Shown here: piece by piece, positions 25,163 through 35,720 of the stretch
Layout: the number at the start of each line of letters is the position of its first letter
How positions within the stretch are numbered: the first letter of the stretch is position 1
Assembly: GCF_001194135.2 (NCBI RefSeq)
Contig: NC_068987.1
Location: 25,371,049-25,412,730, forward strand
Length of the DNA stretch: 41,682 nt
Reading direction: 5' to 3'
DNA from: Octopus bimaculoides
Lineage: Eukaryota
The notes under the pieces: generated by a model
What the model was told of the DNA's origin: nothing
The model's input: only the letters and a program-made list of their open reading frames with translations
Database searches by the model: none
Program-made: the position numbers and the translations under genes

Positions 25163-25242
<80 letters not shown>

Positions 25243-25752
25243 NNNNNNNNNNNNNNNNNNNNNNNNNNNNNNNNNNNNNNNNNNNNNNNNNNNNNNNNNN
25301 NNNNNNNNNNNNNNNNNNNNNNNNNNNNNNNNNNNNNNNNNNNNNNNNNNNNNNNNNNNNNNNNNNNNNNNNNNNNNNNNNNNNNNNNNNNNNNNNNNNN
25401 NNNNNNNNNNNNNNNNNNNNNNNNNNNNNNNNNNNNNNNNNNNNNNNNNNNNNNNNNNNNNNNNNNNNNNNNNNNNNNNNNNNNNNNNNNNNNNNNNNNN
25501 NNNNNNNNNNNNNNNNNNNNNNNNNNNNNNNNNNNNNNNNNNNNNNNNNNNNNNNNNNNNNNNNNNNNNNNNNNNNNNNNNNNNNNNNNNNNNNNNNNNN
25601 NNNNNNNNNNNNNNNNNNNNNNNNNNNNNNNNNNNNNNNNNNNNNNNNNNNNNNNNNNNNNNNNNNNNNNNNNNNNNNNNNNNNNNNNNNNNNNNNNNNN
25701 NNNNNNNNNNNNNNNNNNNNNNNNNNNNNNNNNNNNNNNNNNNNNNNNNNNN

Positions 25753-25799
<47 letters not shown>

Positions 25800-26219
25800 C
25801 GTGTGAAATCACCTGAAGTTTCCGTAGGAACCATTAATGCCAGCACCCTTTCGTATAGACCCACTTAGCCAATTGTCGAACGAATCCGGTTCTAATATTG
25901 TGGTGCCGGATAAATAACTGCACTGAAGAACTAAAATATGAAGTAGCGGTGGTGGTGGTGGTGGTGATGAAGGATGTAGTGTTGGTCACATTCATGGCGA
26001 TTGTAGGATCACGCTGTTTTGGCTTGTGGTGGTGATGGTGGTGTGTTGCTTTCAGTGAGGCTGGCATTCTGGTTAATACGAGATTTGTATTAAAAATCTT
26101 GTCTAGTCTTGCGTTATGAAGATGAATATTGCCTCTCTGTTTCTCGCAGTCTGCTTCGTCCTCCTCTTCCCTCTCTCCCCACCACAAACAATTGTGCTTA
26201 TCTGTATGCGTGCGTGTGA

Positions 26220-26268
<49 letters not shown>

Positions 26269-26573
26269 TTTGTATGTACATACATATATGTGTGTGTGTG
26301 TGTGTGTGTGCATCCATTTGTATGTTCATGCATATATATGTGTATGTGTGTGTGTGTAAATGTATTCGTATGTTCATACATATATATGTATGTGTGCATG
26401 TACATATGTGTGTATTTGAACGTAAGCGTATGTACTATGAGAAGAAGGGGATGAGAACTTTATGAAGAGGTAATGATATAAGAAAAAGCAAAGGAAGACA
26501 TTTTTCTTGGTCTACAGCATAAATAATGGCTTCAACAGATTGTCTTGGAGATCAGGCAATATAGAAAGATAGC

Positions 26574-26631
<58 letters not shown>

Positions 26632-27003
26632 TAAGAAAGAAAGTCAGAGAGCAGGAGGAAGAGAATTGTTAAAAGAAAGGGAGAAGATGTTCCAATAGAG
26701 ACGTGAAGTAAAGAGTAAAGACGATAGATAGATGTAAGTAAGATATGTGAAGAGACTGCGTTGTGGTACAGCTGGAATGGCGGTGGGAAATGTAGCCTAT
26801 AAGCAAGCAGCACTAAATTTTTATGCAGATATAATATTATGTAAGTGGATCTCCGTCAGCCTCGGCGAGGTGTATGCCATGCGATCAATCAGATGAACTA
26901 GTTAATGAGTGATTTAGTGTCTCTGCTCCACTAACATTTGTATTTTTAACGTAATCATTTGGTAGAATTAGTGCTGGCGAGTTTCATTCTTATAATTACA
27001 GAC

Positions 27004-27053
<50 letters not shown>

Positions 27054-27498
27054 ACGGATTTTGTTAAATTCCTTCTTGTCAGCCGCTGGTTAAATGTGAA
27101 AATGATAAACACAAGCAGTGTGTTTTAACTGCGGGACTAAACGCTAGGTTGCATTATAATCTGTGGTTCATTGTTTCCGATGTTACTTTTTACCTAATTA
27201 NNNNNNNNNNNNNNNNNNNNNNNNNNNNNNNNNNNNNNNNNNNNNNNNNNNNNNNNNNNNNNNNNNNNNNNNNNNNNNNNNNNNNNNNNNNNNNNNNNNN
27301 NNNNNNNNNNNNNNNNNNNNNNNNNNNNNNNNNNNNNNNNNNNNNNNNNNNNNNNNNNNNNNNNNNNNNNNNNNNNNNNNNNNNNNNNNNNNNNNNNNNN
27401 NCTTCTTCTTACTATCTGTAGTTTAAACTAACGTTATAAAAACTTTTACTTTTCAGTTAGACTTGAAATTGCAACACTTTGTTTTTGTTGGATACACA

Positions 27499-27555
<57 letters not shown>

Positions 27556-27556
27556 C
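27499..27556. repeat. (ATT)n microsatellite
   Basis: Direct reading. Confidence 0.95.
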
Positions 27557-28469
27557 ATTCCATGTAGAAGTGAAGGGATGTTTTCGTCTGAGAGCTCCGC
27601 GAGTAAAGGTTTCTTAATGTTTTAAACTAAGTTTTATATTTACTGGCGATGAGCCATTTGCAATGTTTACCCGTGTTGCAAGATGGCTGCTTCAGGAATA
27701 ACAGGGAAGTCAGCACAGTGTAACAGCAATAGCCTCAGTAATGTAAATACATACGCCCTCAAATTATTTTCAAACACAAAAAAAAACAACAACAAAAAAG
27801 CAGAATTTAGAATAATCAGATAATGGGAAAGAAATCAAACGTGCAGGAAAATGTTCAGATTTAAACGCCTTCTGTTTACAATGGGAGACACAAACGATAA
27901 TAATGTTGAAAATGTTTATTTGAATGAAAAAACTGTACGAACATCGACAACAAAAACTACCAGGTTCCACCTTTGCAAATCTCATGAGTCAAAAGAAGCG
28001 ACTCATCTTCAGCCAATTCAAGAAAAAAGAGGTAAAGGAAGAAATTCGTTACAAAAGGTATTGCATCTTTACCCGACGAATTTATTGAGAAAAGGTCATG
28101 GAAGAAGGTGAAATACCTCTTTTATTTTTACAAGAAAGAAAAAAATTGGTTTGTTTCTGTATACCCTCGAAAGAAAAATTGAAGGAAACCATAGCCAATG
28201 TACGGCAAGATGCGTTCTCATTGGTTGATAGGAGTGGTCTTTAAGACCGATATTCAGGCAAGGAGTAAGGTAACGCTGATCCACTTCACATCTATAGGCT
28301 ATTGCCATAGTATTTGGCATGGTCTCACATGGTGGCATTGTCGTTGATCATTAGTTTGTCTTTTTGTAGTTACTTGTGCTCACAGTACACACATGACGTA
28401 AGCGCAAACGTGACCAGCAATAATATGTGGTCAGGTCGGTTTGCATCTCCAAGTTCTGTTAACGTTTGA

Positions 28470-28700
28470 TGATTACAAGGCTACTCTGGAGCTACACCTC
28501 ATTGAAGGAGTGGAGAGGCTTTCAATGGGAATGGCAGTGCAAGACAGAAGCCCTAGTTGCTCCACGCGTGGTATAAAAGGCTACATTCAGAAGAGCAAAA
28601 GAAAAACAGCAACAGAAGCAGCTGTACTAATAAGAGGAAGCGCCAGAGATTAAGACAGTGATTGTTTCCAGAGCACATCTGGTCTCTAATCTGAGCATAG
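28470..28700 (+). mobile_element. Possible relic of a non-LTR retrotransposon RLE C-terminus
   Basis: Frameshifted peptides EGVERL / EWQCKTEA / IQKSKRK...GSAR loosely resemble RLE-type ends. By-eye match only. Confidence 0.2.
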
Positions 28701-29759
28701 CTAGATCAGAAGCAAACGAAATTATCACATCTTCGGCGCTGTGAGCACTAGGAATTGATGATGACCAAGAAACCTTCAACACATGATTGGCCAAGAGTTA
28801 CAAAGGTAGGAAACCCTTTATGGTTGTGGAAAAAGAAAAAGCCTCAGGAGATTAGAAGAATATCGGAAACTCTCAGCAATGTAAAAGGGACAAAAGAAAG
28901 AGTGAGATCAGAAGAAAGATAAGCAAAAAGATGGAAATTTTTCCACTCTGTACGGATTTCCTGAAGTTAAATAAGACCCTCACTTAGTTTAAGTACTGGT
29001 CCTCAAAAGGAATGGACTATATATGACTAAGAAGAGTAAGGATGAGTCACAGGTGCCCTTAGACTGAAAACTACATAAGTGGACTATCGACTGCTCAAGG
29101 ATATCTATCACTCACTGTATGTACCTCTGTATGTTGAATAATTTGAGGATTTGACCTCATCAGTAACATTTCAACGTAATATACTTTAATGTTATAGGCT
29201 ATGAGCCTCCCGTGTGAAATATAGTTATATACCCTGATGAATTGAGCCATTGACATTTAAGTATGTGTTTTTCTAAGACATAATGCACAACAGCTGACAA
29301 CACACGAACTGCAAACCTTTCAATCGGTAACCCGGCAACACATTGACTCATCTTTCTAGCATTTGCCATTGTCATAAATCTTGAATATTCCTCTTCAGCT
29401 ACAAAATTATGAAGGTGGTTTGTAGTTGGAGAGAAGCTGGAATTTAAGTACTTTGGTTAATTACTTACAAATGAAAGATTATAATTGGTTGGTTTGGATG
29501 TTAATTATTCTTAAAATGGGTTTTTCTTATTAATTTTTAATTGCATTCATGGCTTTTCCATTCTCCTGAATACTTTCATCAACGAAGTCTGTAAATTAAT
29601 GTTGCAAAGACGTGGCCAATCTTAACTACATTATTTAACATCATCTAATAACGTAAATATTATTTATATTCATCCGTCTGTATGTACATATGTTGTATCG
29701 ACTAATGCAGAGTGTGTAGAACTGAAAAAACATAAATCCCCACCTGCTCCATCTCCGAA

Positions 29760-30255
29760 ATGAATAACGCTCTCATAAAGGAACAGTGGTGTGTTATAAA
29801 CTTTTGCGTCAGACTCGGTAAATCTGTGGATGAAACTATTCAGCTACTACAAGCGGCCTATAGTACAACTTCATTGAAAAAATCTACTGTGTATGACTGG
29901 TATCATAGGTTTGTAGAATTGAGAAATATACATAGAAAGGAAACAATAACAGAGGAAACAGTGGAGGAAGGAGAACAGTGTGTGGAAGGAGAACAGTGTG
30001 TGGAAGGAGTCAAGCAGGAAATGATGGAAGCTGAAAATGAACCAAGCGATGGAGAAAACCTGACAGTTCAGCAAAGGAACACTTCACAAACCGCTGTGCA
30101 AGAGAACAAGAGGGAATTTCATTCATATCGCAGACGAAGGAAGCACAATATAAAACTCACGACTTGGTCGAATATGTTGTGTTTTAAATCAAATGATAAT
30201 TCAGTTCTTTTGAAGTCTTACAAAGAAGCGCTTGATCTATCTTCGAATTATCCTG
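29760..30255 (+). CDS. Coding exon: mariner-transposase-derived N-terminal HTH (HTH_48-like) plus acidic linker and basic patch; candidate domesticated or fusion gene, exon 1
   Basis: EQWCVINFCVRLGKSVDETIQLLQAAYSTTSLKKSTVYDWYHRF fits the mariner HTH pattern EQRxxIKFCxxxGKSxxETxxxLxxAYGxxxLxxxxVYxWxxxF. Open for 165 codons. Donor CTG|GTAAGC at 30255/30256, phase 1. No SGRP, WVPHEL or DDD motifs follow. Confidence 0.75.
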
Positions 30256-30334
30256 GTAAGCTGGTTTTTAGTTGTCCATTTTGATGAATTATCTATGATA
30301 TTAGTTTAATGTAATACGTGTATGCTGTTCTTTA

Positions 30335-30530
30335 TTCCCAGGTTAGTTCTTATTCGTAGATATATGATAAAAGGCATTCCAGTCGTGGCTCTCATGTAAT
30401 TTTGCATCTCAAAGAATTTGTTGTCTAGTGTATCCTCCTTTTCTAAGAACGGTCGAGTGCGATTCGAATGGCATTTTTCTGCTATTTCTAAAAGTTGAAT
30501 GACAATGTAGACAATCCCTCGTTAGCGCGT
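30335..30530 (+). mobile_element. Short interspersed repeat, family C (unclassified)
   Basis: CCAGGTTAG...TATGATAAAAGGCATTCCAGTCGTG...CTGCTATTTCTA matches the motifs at 31280, 31945, 39140, 39370 and 39955. Confidence 0.6.
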
Positions 30531-30655
30531 GTGTATGTGATGTGAGTGTATATGTATGAAGTGACTGTGTGTCTGCATGTGAAGTGAGTGAGTACGTATG
30601 TGTGTGAGTGTAGGGTAAAGTGAGTACATATGTGTGTAAGTGTAGGATAATATGA

Positions 30656-30698
<43 letters not shown>

Positions 30699-31068
30699 GA
30701 CATCAGCATACTTAATAGACTAATCCCAATACATTTTAATTAATGGAAATTACACGATATTACTGATGAGAACACATTATCTTAATGACTAATCCTGGTC
30801 ACAAGACCAATGGTCGAATCTTATGCAGGTCTCTTATTACCTTTCTGTACAGGACATTTAATCCTGTCATTGTTCAATTTTTTTCTCGAGAATAGGTATT
30901 ACAATTATCTGGGGAAGTTGCCTGCCATAGACTGGAGTCTTGATCAAACGCTGATTGGTTTCATATCTCGCCATCATTTTGAAAACAGAACTCAACTTTT
31001 GACTTCTTTCTCTACGTATCTGTTTCATTCCTGACTCGTTTAGTTTAACTGCAATATTATTCAAGAAT

Positions 31069-31107
<39 letters not shown>

Positions 31108-31269
31108 ATGAATAATTATAAATTAACTGTTAATTAATGTAAATGACAAGACATTATAAGTAGGGTGATCATTTGACCGAAATGGAAGAGCGCCGGACTA
31201 AATGACTCGGAGCATTTAGTTTCGTTTTGTTTTGGTTTTCATAACTGTCGGATGTCAAAATTACTAGTC

Positions 31270-31990
31270 GTTGTTGTTGTTTAGCCCCAGGTCAACTCTG
31301 AACGGAAAGACCTATGATCAAAACCCTTCCACTTTTGACTAGCTTTAGGCGTAGCAAGAGAAGAGCAAGAAATAGCAGTTATGCGCAGGCGCATGCTAAG
31401 GAGCAGAAAATTTCCTCTGCCTTGTCATGCCCGTTCAATTGGGAAAGAAACGCTAAAAGAACCTAAGAAATTTCTTTTTACGTTATTGTGACTAATCTGC
31501 ATTTTCATGTCTTATTTCCCTTATTTACGGTAGTATGTGTGGAGGCGCAATGGCCCAGTGGTTAGGGCAGCGGACTCGCGGTCATAGGATCGCGGTTTCG
31601 ATTCCCAGACCGGGCGTTGTGAGTGTTTATTGAGCGAAAACACCTAAAAGCTCCACGAGGCTCCGGCAGGGGATGGTGGCGAACCCTGCTGTACTCTTTG
31701 GCCACAACTTTCTCTCACTCTTACTTCCTGTTTCTGTTGTACCTGTATTTCAAAGGGCCAGCCTTGTCACGCTGAATATCCCCGAGAACTACGTTAAGGG
31801 TACACGTGTCTGTGGAGTGCTCAGCCACTTGCACGTTAATTTCACGAGCAGGCTGTTCCGTTGATCGGATCAACTGGAACCCTCGACGTCGTAAGCGACG
31901 GAGTGCCAACACACACACGGTAGTATGTGATTTAAGGCGTGTTTGGTTGCTATTTCTAGCTGGCCCAGCAACCACATAGATGTTCTCTCC
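31270..31990 (+). mobile_element. Family C repeat interrupted by the young SINE and other sequence
   Basis: 5' motif GTTTAGCCCCAGGTCAACTCTG...TATGATCAAAAC at 31280-31330. 3' motif TTTGGTTGCTATTTCTAGCTGG at about 31942-31965. Confidence 0.55.
31540..31916 (+). mobile_element. Young tRNA-derived SINE with perfect 13-bp TSD (probably one of the published octopus OK/OR families; assignment needs a search)
   Basis: A-box TGGCCCAGTGG, B-box GGTTTCGATTCC, (AC)n tail. TSD ACGGTAGTATGTG at 31527-31539 and 31917-31929. Confidence 0.92.
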
Positions 31991-32306
31991 CTGGCTCACA
32001 TAATTACTAGTAATTAATTGAAGTTGATTTTATTAATTATGCTCTCTCTTCTCCAGAATTTGGCCTTATACTTAGAAGAGAAATAATAATTAATTATCAG
32101 TGAAAAGTCGTTTCAAACAGTTAAGGTTTCTCCGCCTCGAATCTTTGAATAACATGTATGGCATTTGGATATTGATAAACTGAAGACTAAATTAAACTAA
32201 TTAAATAATTTCCGTGCAAGCTATACGGAGAGGCATTAAGGAGAAAACTTAATTTAGAATAAAACTTTACATGTTATCTTCTCCTTCTATATGTGGTACA
32301 TTTCAG

Positions 32307-32457
32307 AATGTCAGATCGACATACTAAGAACGACTACGTGGTTAGCATGCATTGAAGTTGGTCGGTTGGAAGAAGCAGACGTAGAGATGGATAGAGGGTG
32401 GGGGGATCAATTTAATGAAATTTCAAGATTTAATTTGCAAATCGTAAAGAATGTTGG
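32307..32457 (+). CDS. Candidate exon 2 of the HTH-fusion gene (helical, TPR-like segment)
   Basis: Acceptor ...TACATTTCAG|AA at 32306 in phase 1 matches the 30255 donor. Reads ECQIDILRTTTWLACIEVGRLEEADVEMDRGWGDQFNEISRFNLQIVKNV. Donor GG|GTATGC at 32457 is phase 2. Confidence 0.5.
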
Positions 32458-32578
32458 GTATGCTAGGGGTACCCGCTTGTCCGTGAGCACTTGACACATT
32501 TGTGACTTTGTATTCATATCTCCTATTTGATACTTAATTGCATTTGGCTTTATTTATTTGTGGGTGAATGTTGTACAG

Positions 32579-32663
32579 TGTGACAACCACCATTGACCAA
32601 GCTTCGATTCTAAGTCGCGTCTATTACACTTTACATATATCATTTGTCCATCGGAGATGCTGA
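32579..32663 (+). CDS. Candidate terminal exon 3 of the HTH-fusion gene
   Basis: 121-bp intron 32458-32578 ends in TACAG. Phase 2 joins to GVTTTIDQASILSRVYYTLHISFVHRRC-stop (TGA 32661-32663). Spliced CDS is 496+151+85 = 732 nt, 243 aa. Confidence 0.4.
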
Positions 32664-32710
32664 CTGATCATACCGTTACGCATGCTTCGACGAACAATTC
32701 ACTCTTTATA

Positions 32711-32919
32711 AATATTGGCTTCAAATTTTGGCACAAGGCCAGTAAGTTCGAAGGAGAGCGTAAGCCGATTACACTGACACCAGTGTACTTATTTCATCGA
32801 TTCGGAAAGAATGAAAAGCAAAGTGATCCTCGGCGAAATTTGAACTCAGAACGTAAAGATGGACGAAATGCCATTAAGCATTTTGCCTGGCGTGTTAACG
32901 ATTCCGCCACCTCACCGTC
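32711..32919 (-). mobile_element. Family A SINE
   Basis: AATTTTGGCACAAGGCC tail, GAAATTTGAACTCAGAACGTAAAGATGGACGAAATGCC, head at the right end. Confidence 0.85.
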
Positions 32920-33040
32920 TTAACCCTTTTATAAATAGTAATTCTTGTGTTTATAACGGCGATGTTCATAAAAGATGGATGTAGTGGCGATTATTAAATA
33001 TGCTGTGTAAACTAATTTTTTGTTTTTTCATTGCCAAAAT

Positions 33041-33245
33041 TGAGTTCGGTTAGCAGAAATGTTAGAGGGTCGGACAAAGTGCTTGTGATATTTAGTTATA
33101 GCTTTATATGTTTTGAGTCCAAGTCCTTATATGTTTTGAGTCCAAGTCCTTATATGTTTTGAGTCCAAGTCCTTATATGTTTTGAGTCCAATTTCTGGCT
33201 ATGTTTCCTTTTCACACTTTTGTGAACGATAACATAAAGTACTTG
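33041..33245 (+). mobile_element. Degraded family A SINE with tandemly amplified B-box segment
   Basis: Head GCAGAAATGTTAGAGGGTCGGACAAAGTGCTT, then the 23-bp unit TTATATGTTTTGAGTCCAAGTCC x3.8 (33104-33191). Confidence 0.65.
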
Positions 33246-33497
33246 TCGATTTAATATTCCTATATAGTGTGAATTTCGAATTTACATAATTACTCATGCA
33301 CTGAATGACTGCGAGGTGTGAGAATGCGGTTTGCACAACTCGAAGGATGTGGAAATTGACGATTAGTTTATCGAATTACCGATTGAAACCTTATCAATGT
33401 GAATGATTAGAAGTGAAGTTGTTGCTAATAAATAACTTAACAATAGAGCATTAGCCTAAAATGAATAGAGGTATACTGCTGTTGTAGGTAATATATT

Positions 33498-33803
33498 TCA
33501 TCTTTTATTTGTTTCAGCCATGCTGGGGCACCGCTTTGAAAGGTTTTAATCGAACAAATTGACTCAAAGGTTTATTCTATTGGTCTCTTTTACTGAACTG
33601 CTAATTAAAAGTGACGTAAATAAACCAACACAGTTCGTAAAGTGGTGACGGGAGGCAAACACAAAGACGCGCGCGCACACGTACACATACGGCGGGTTTC
33701 TTTCAGTCTCCATCTATCTAATCCACTCACAAGAATTTGCTCGGTCTGGAGCTATTTTAAAAGACACTAGCGCAAGGTGTCACGCAGTGGGATTGAACTA
33801 AGA
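33498..33803 (-). mobile_element. Family B SINE, 5' end lost in the assembly gap
   Basis: Colinear with other family B copies up to CACGCAGTGGGATTGAAC, then the N-gap 33804-34193. Confidence 0.8.
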
Positions 33804-35294
33804 NNNNNNNNNNNNNNNNNNNNNNNNNNNNNNNNNNNNNNNNNNNNNNNNNNNNNNNNNNNNNNNNNNNNNNNNNNNNNNNNNNNNNNNNNNNNNNNNN
33901 NNNNNNNNNNNNNNNNNNNNNNNNNNNNNNNNNNNNNNNNNNNNNNNNNNNNNNNNNNNNNNNNNNNNNNNNNNNNNNNNNNNNNNNNNNNNNNNNNNNN
34001 NNNNNNNNNNNNNNNNNNNNNNNNNNNNNNNNNNNNNNNNNNNNNNNNNNNNNNNNNNNNNNNNNNNNNNNNNNNNNNNNNNNNNNNNNNNNNNNNNNNN
34101 NNNNNNNNNNNNNNNNNNNNNNNNNNNNNNNNNNNNNNNNNNNNNNNNNNNNNNNNNNNNNNNNNNNNNNNNNNNNNNNNNNNNNNNNNNNNNCCCCAAT
34201 TGAAAGGACGCCCACACCCACTAGCATATTCACATGCACACAGAGTTCAAATACAAATTAGAAATGTTGTACTAAGAAGCGAAAAACAGTTTGTGAAATG
34301 AAGAGATTGAGCACGTTATCACAGAGAAGAACAGATGAGGTCAAGTTATCGATAAAGTCACAGGAGTGTGGCAGAAGGACACTGACGAATCAACAGGTTC
34401 ATTTATCAGACGATTGATCGAAGAACTGATTCATTAGTTAATAAATTAATGAAAAATTTAAAAAGTGAATTTCATCTGGTGCGTGTGCTTTTACTAGTCA
34501 TAGACCCCCCCCCCCAAAAAAAAAATATAACGTATATTTTCTGGTGCTTGCGACTGTTTTAAAGTAGACTTACGTTTGTGAATATATGCATAGCTATCTA
34601 TCTATCTATCTATCTATCTATTTATCTCTAACAATCAATCGATCGATCGTTCGCTTAGGCATAGCAATACTAATAACATGGTGTAGAACTCAATATACAT
34701 ATTCTTCAGAACGTAGTGTTAGTCGAGTACTTCATGTCTGGGGTTCCGATGGAACTATAAAGTGCTACCCAGGCACTCAACTATGAGTCCACTGCTTCTT
34801 ATAGCAGAAACAGTTGTAAGCCAATGAAATTAATAAGATAATTCTTTATCCCTTTGTCATCTCTTTTTCTCATATATGGCAAAGGAATTTGAAAATTGTA
34901 TAAAGTAACCAGTAACTAGCTAAGACACAAAGTAGTTTACCATGTTAAACAGATGGTTTTGTTGTTTTTTATTATTTTCTGCCAATTTCATTATTCATAG
35001 ATTTAGAATGCAATATTATTATTAATGGTATTGTGCATGACACTTGTTAAATATTAACAATATTACTTTAGATTAAACTGCTAGTAATTAATTCCAATTA
35101 AGGTCGTTAGGTTAGAGATTATAATGAACAATACTTCTGGTCGAGTAATCAAAGTTATATTTAAAATACTAAGATAATAATCCTTGAGGAATTTAATTTG
35201 CGTGTTATTTTATGCATTAGGGATGATTTAATTCTTTGCGAAGTGAACCCTTTGCTTCGGTCTCCATTCTTCGTCAGGACATTTGTTTTTTTAA

Positions 35295-35688
35295 GGCGGC
35301 GAGCTAACACGAGTGTTAGCGAGTTGGGTAAAAAGTTCAGTGGCCTTTCGTCCGTCTTTACATTCTGAGTTCAAATTCCATCGAGGTCGACTTTGCCTTT
35401 CATCGTTTTCGGAGTTTGTGAAATACGTATCTATCTATCTATCGATCGATCGAGCGATAGCTTAGGCATTGTGATACTAATAACATGATGTAGAACTCAT
35501 TATACATATTCTTCAGAACGTAGTGTTATTCGAGTACTCCATGCTTGAGGCTCCGATAAAAGTATAAAGTATAAGCACTCAACTACGAGTCCACTGCAAC
35601 TTATAGCAGCTGAGCATTGGGATCAATATAATCGACTAGCCCCCTCTGTGAAAGTTTCAGGCCTTGTGCCTATAGTAGAAAGGATTAG
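35295..35688 (+). mobile_element. Family A SINE interrupted by an insert of about 180 bp
   Basis: Head GGCGGCGAGC, B-box GAGTTCAAATTCC, break after AAATACGTA (35429), resumption at CAGCTGAGCATTGGGATC (about 35607), tail GTAGAAAGGATT. Confidence 0.85.
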
Positions 35689-35720
35689 TTATTTTATTTA
35701 TTTATTCATTTATTTTATTA

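Noticed and set aside
27050-27475. Possible solo LTR starting TGTAACGG after (TA)n and ending ...GCAACA
   Set aside because: No TSD, half of the interval is an N-gap, and there is no second copy.
29760-30284. Autonomous mariner transposase, or an intronless 174-aa protein
   Set aside because: No catalytic domain or TIRs are present. The ORF tail after 30255 runs through a consensus splice donor and is more likely intronic.
30341-30400. Acceptor sites CCCAG and CGTAG just after the HTH exon
   Set aside because: They lie inside a family C repeat and give a stop within 1-2 codons.
31541-31615. tRNA gene
   Set aside because: It has A and B boxes but continues into a 300-bp body with tail and TSD. 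It is a SINE head and lacks a proper acceptor stem.
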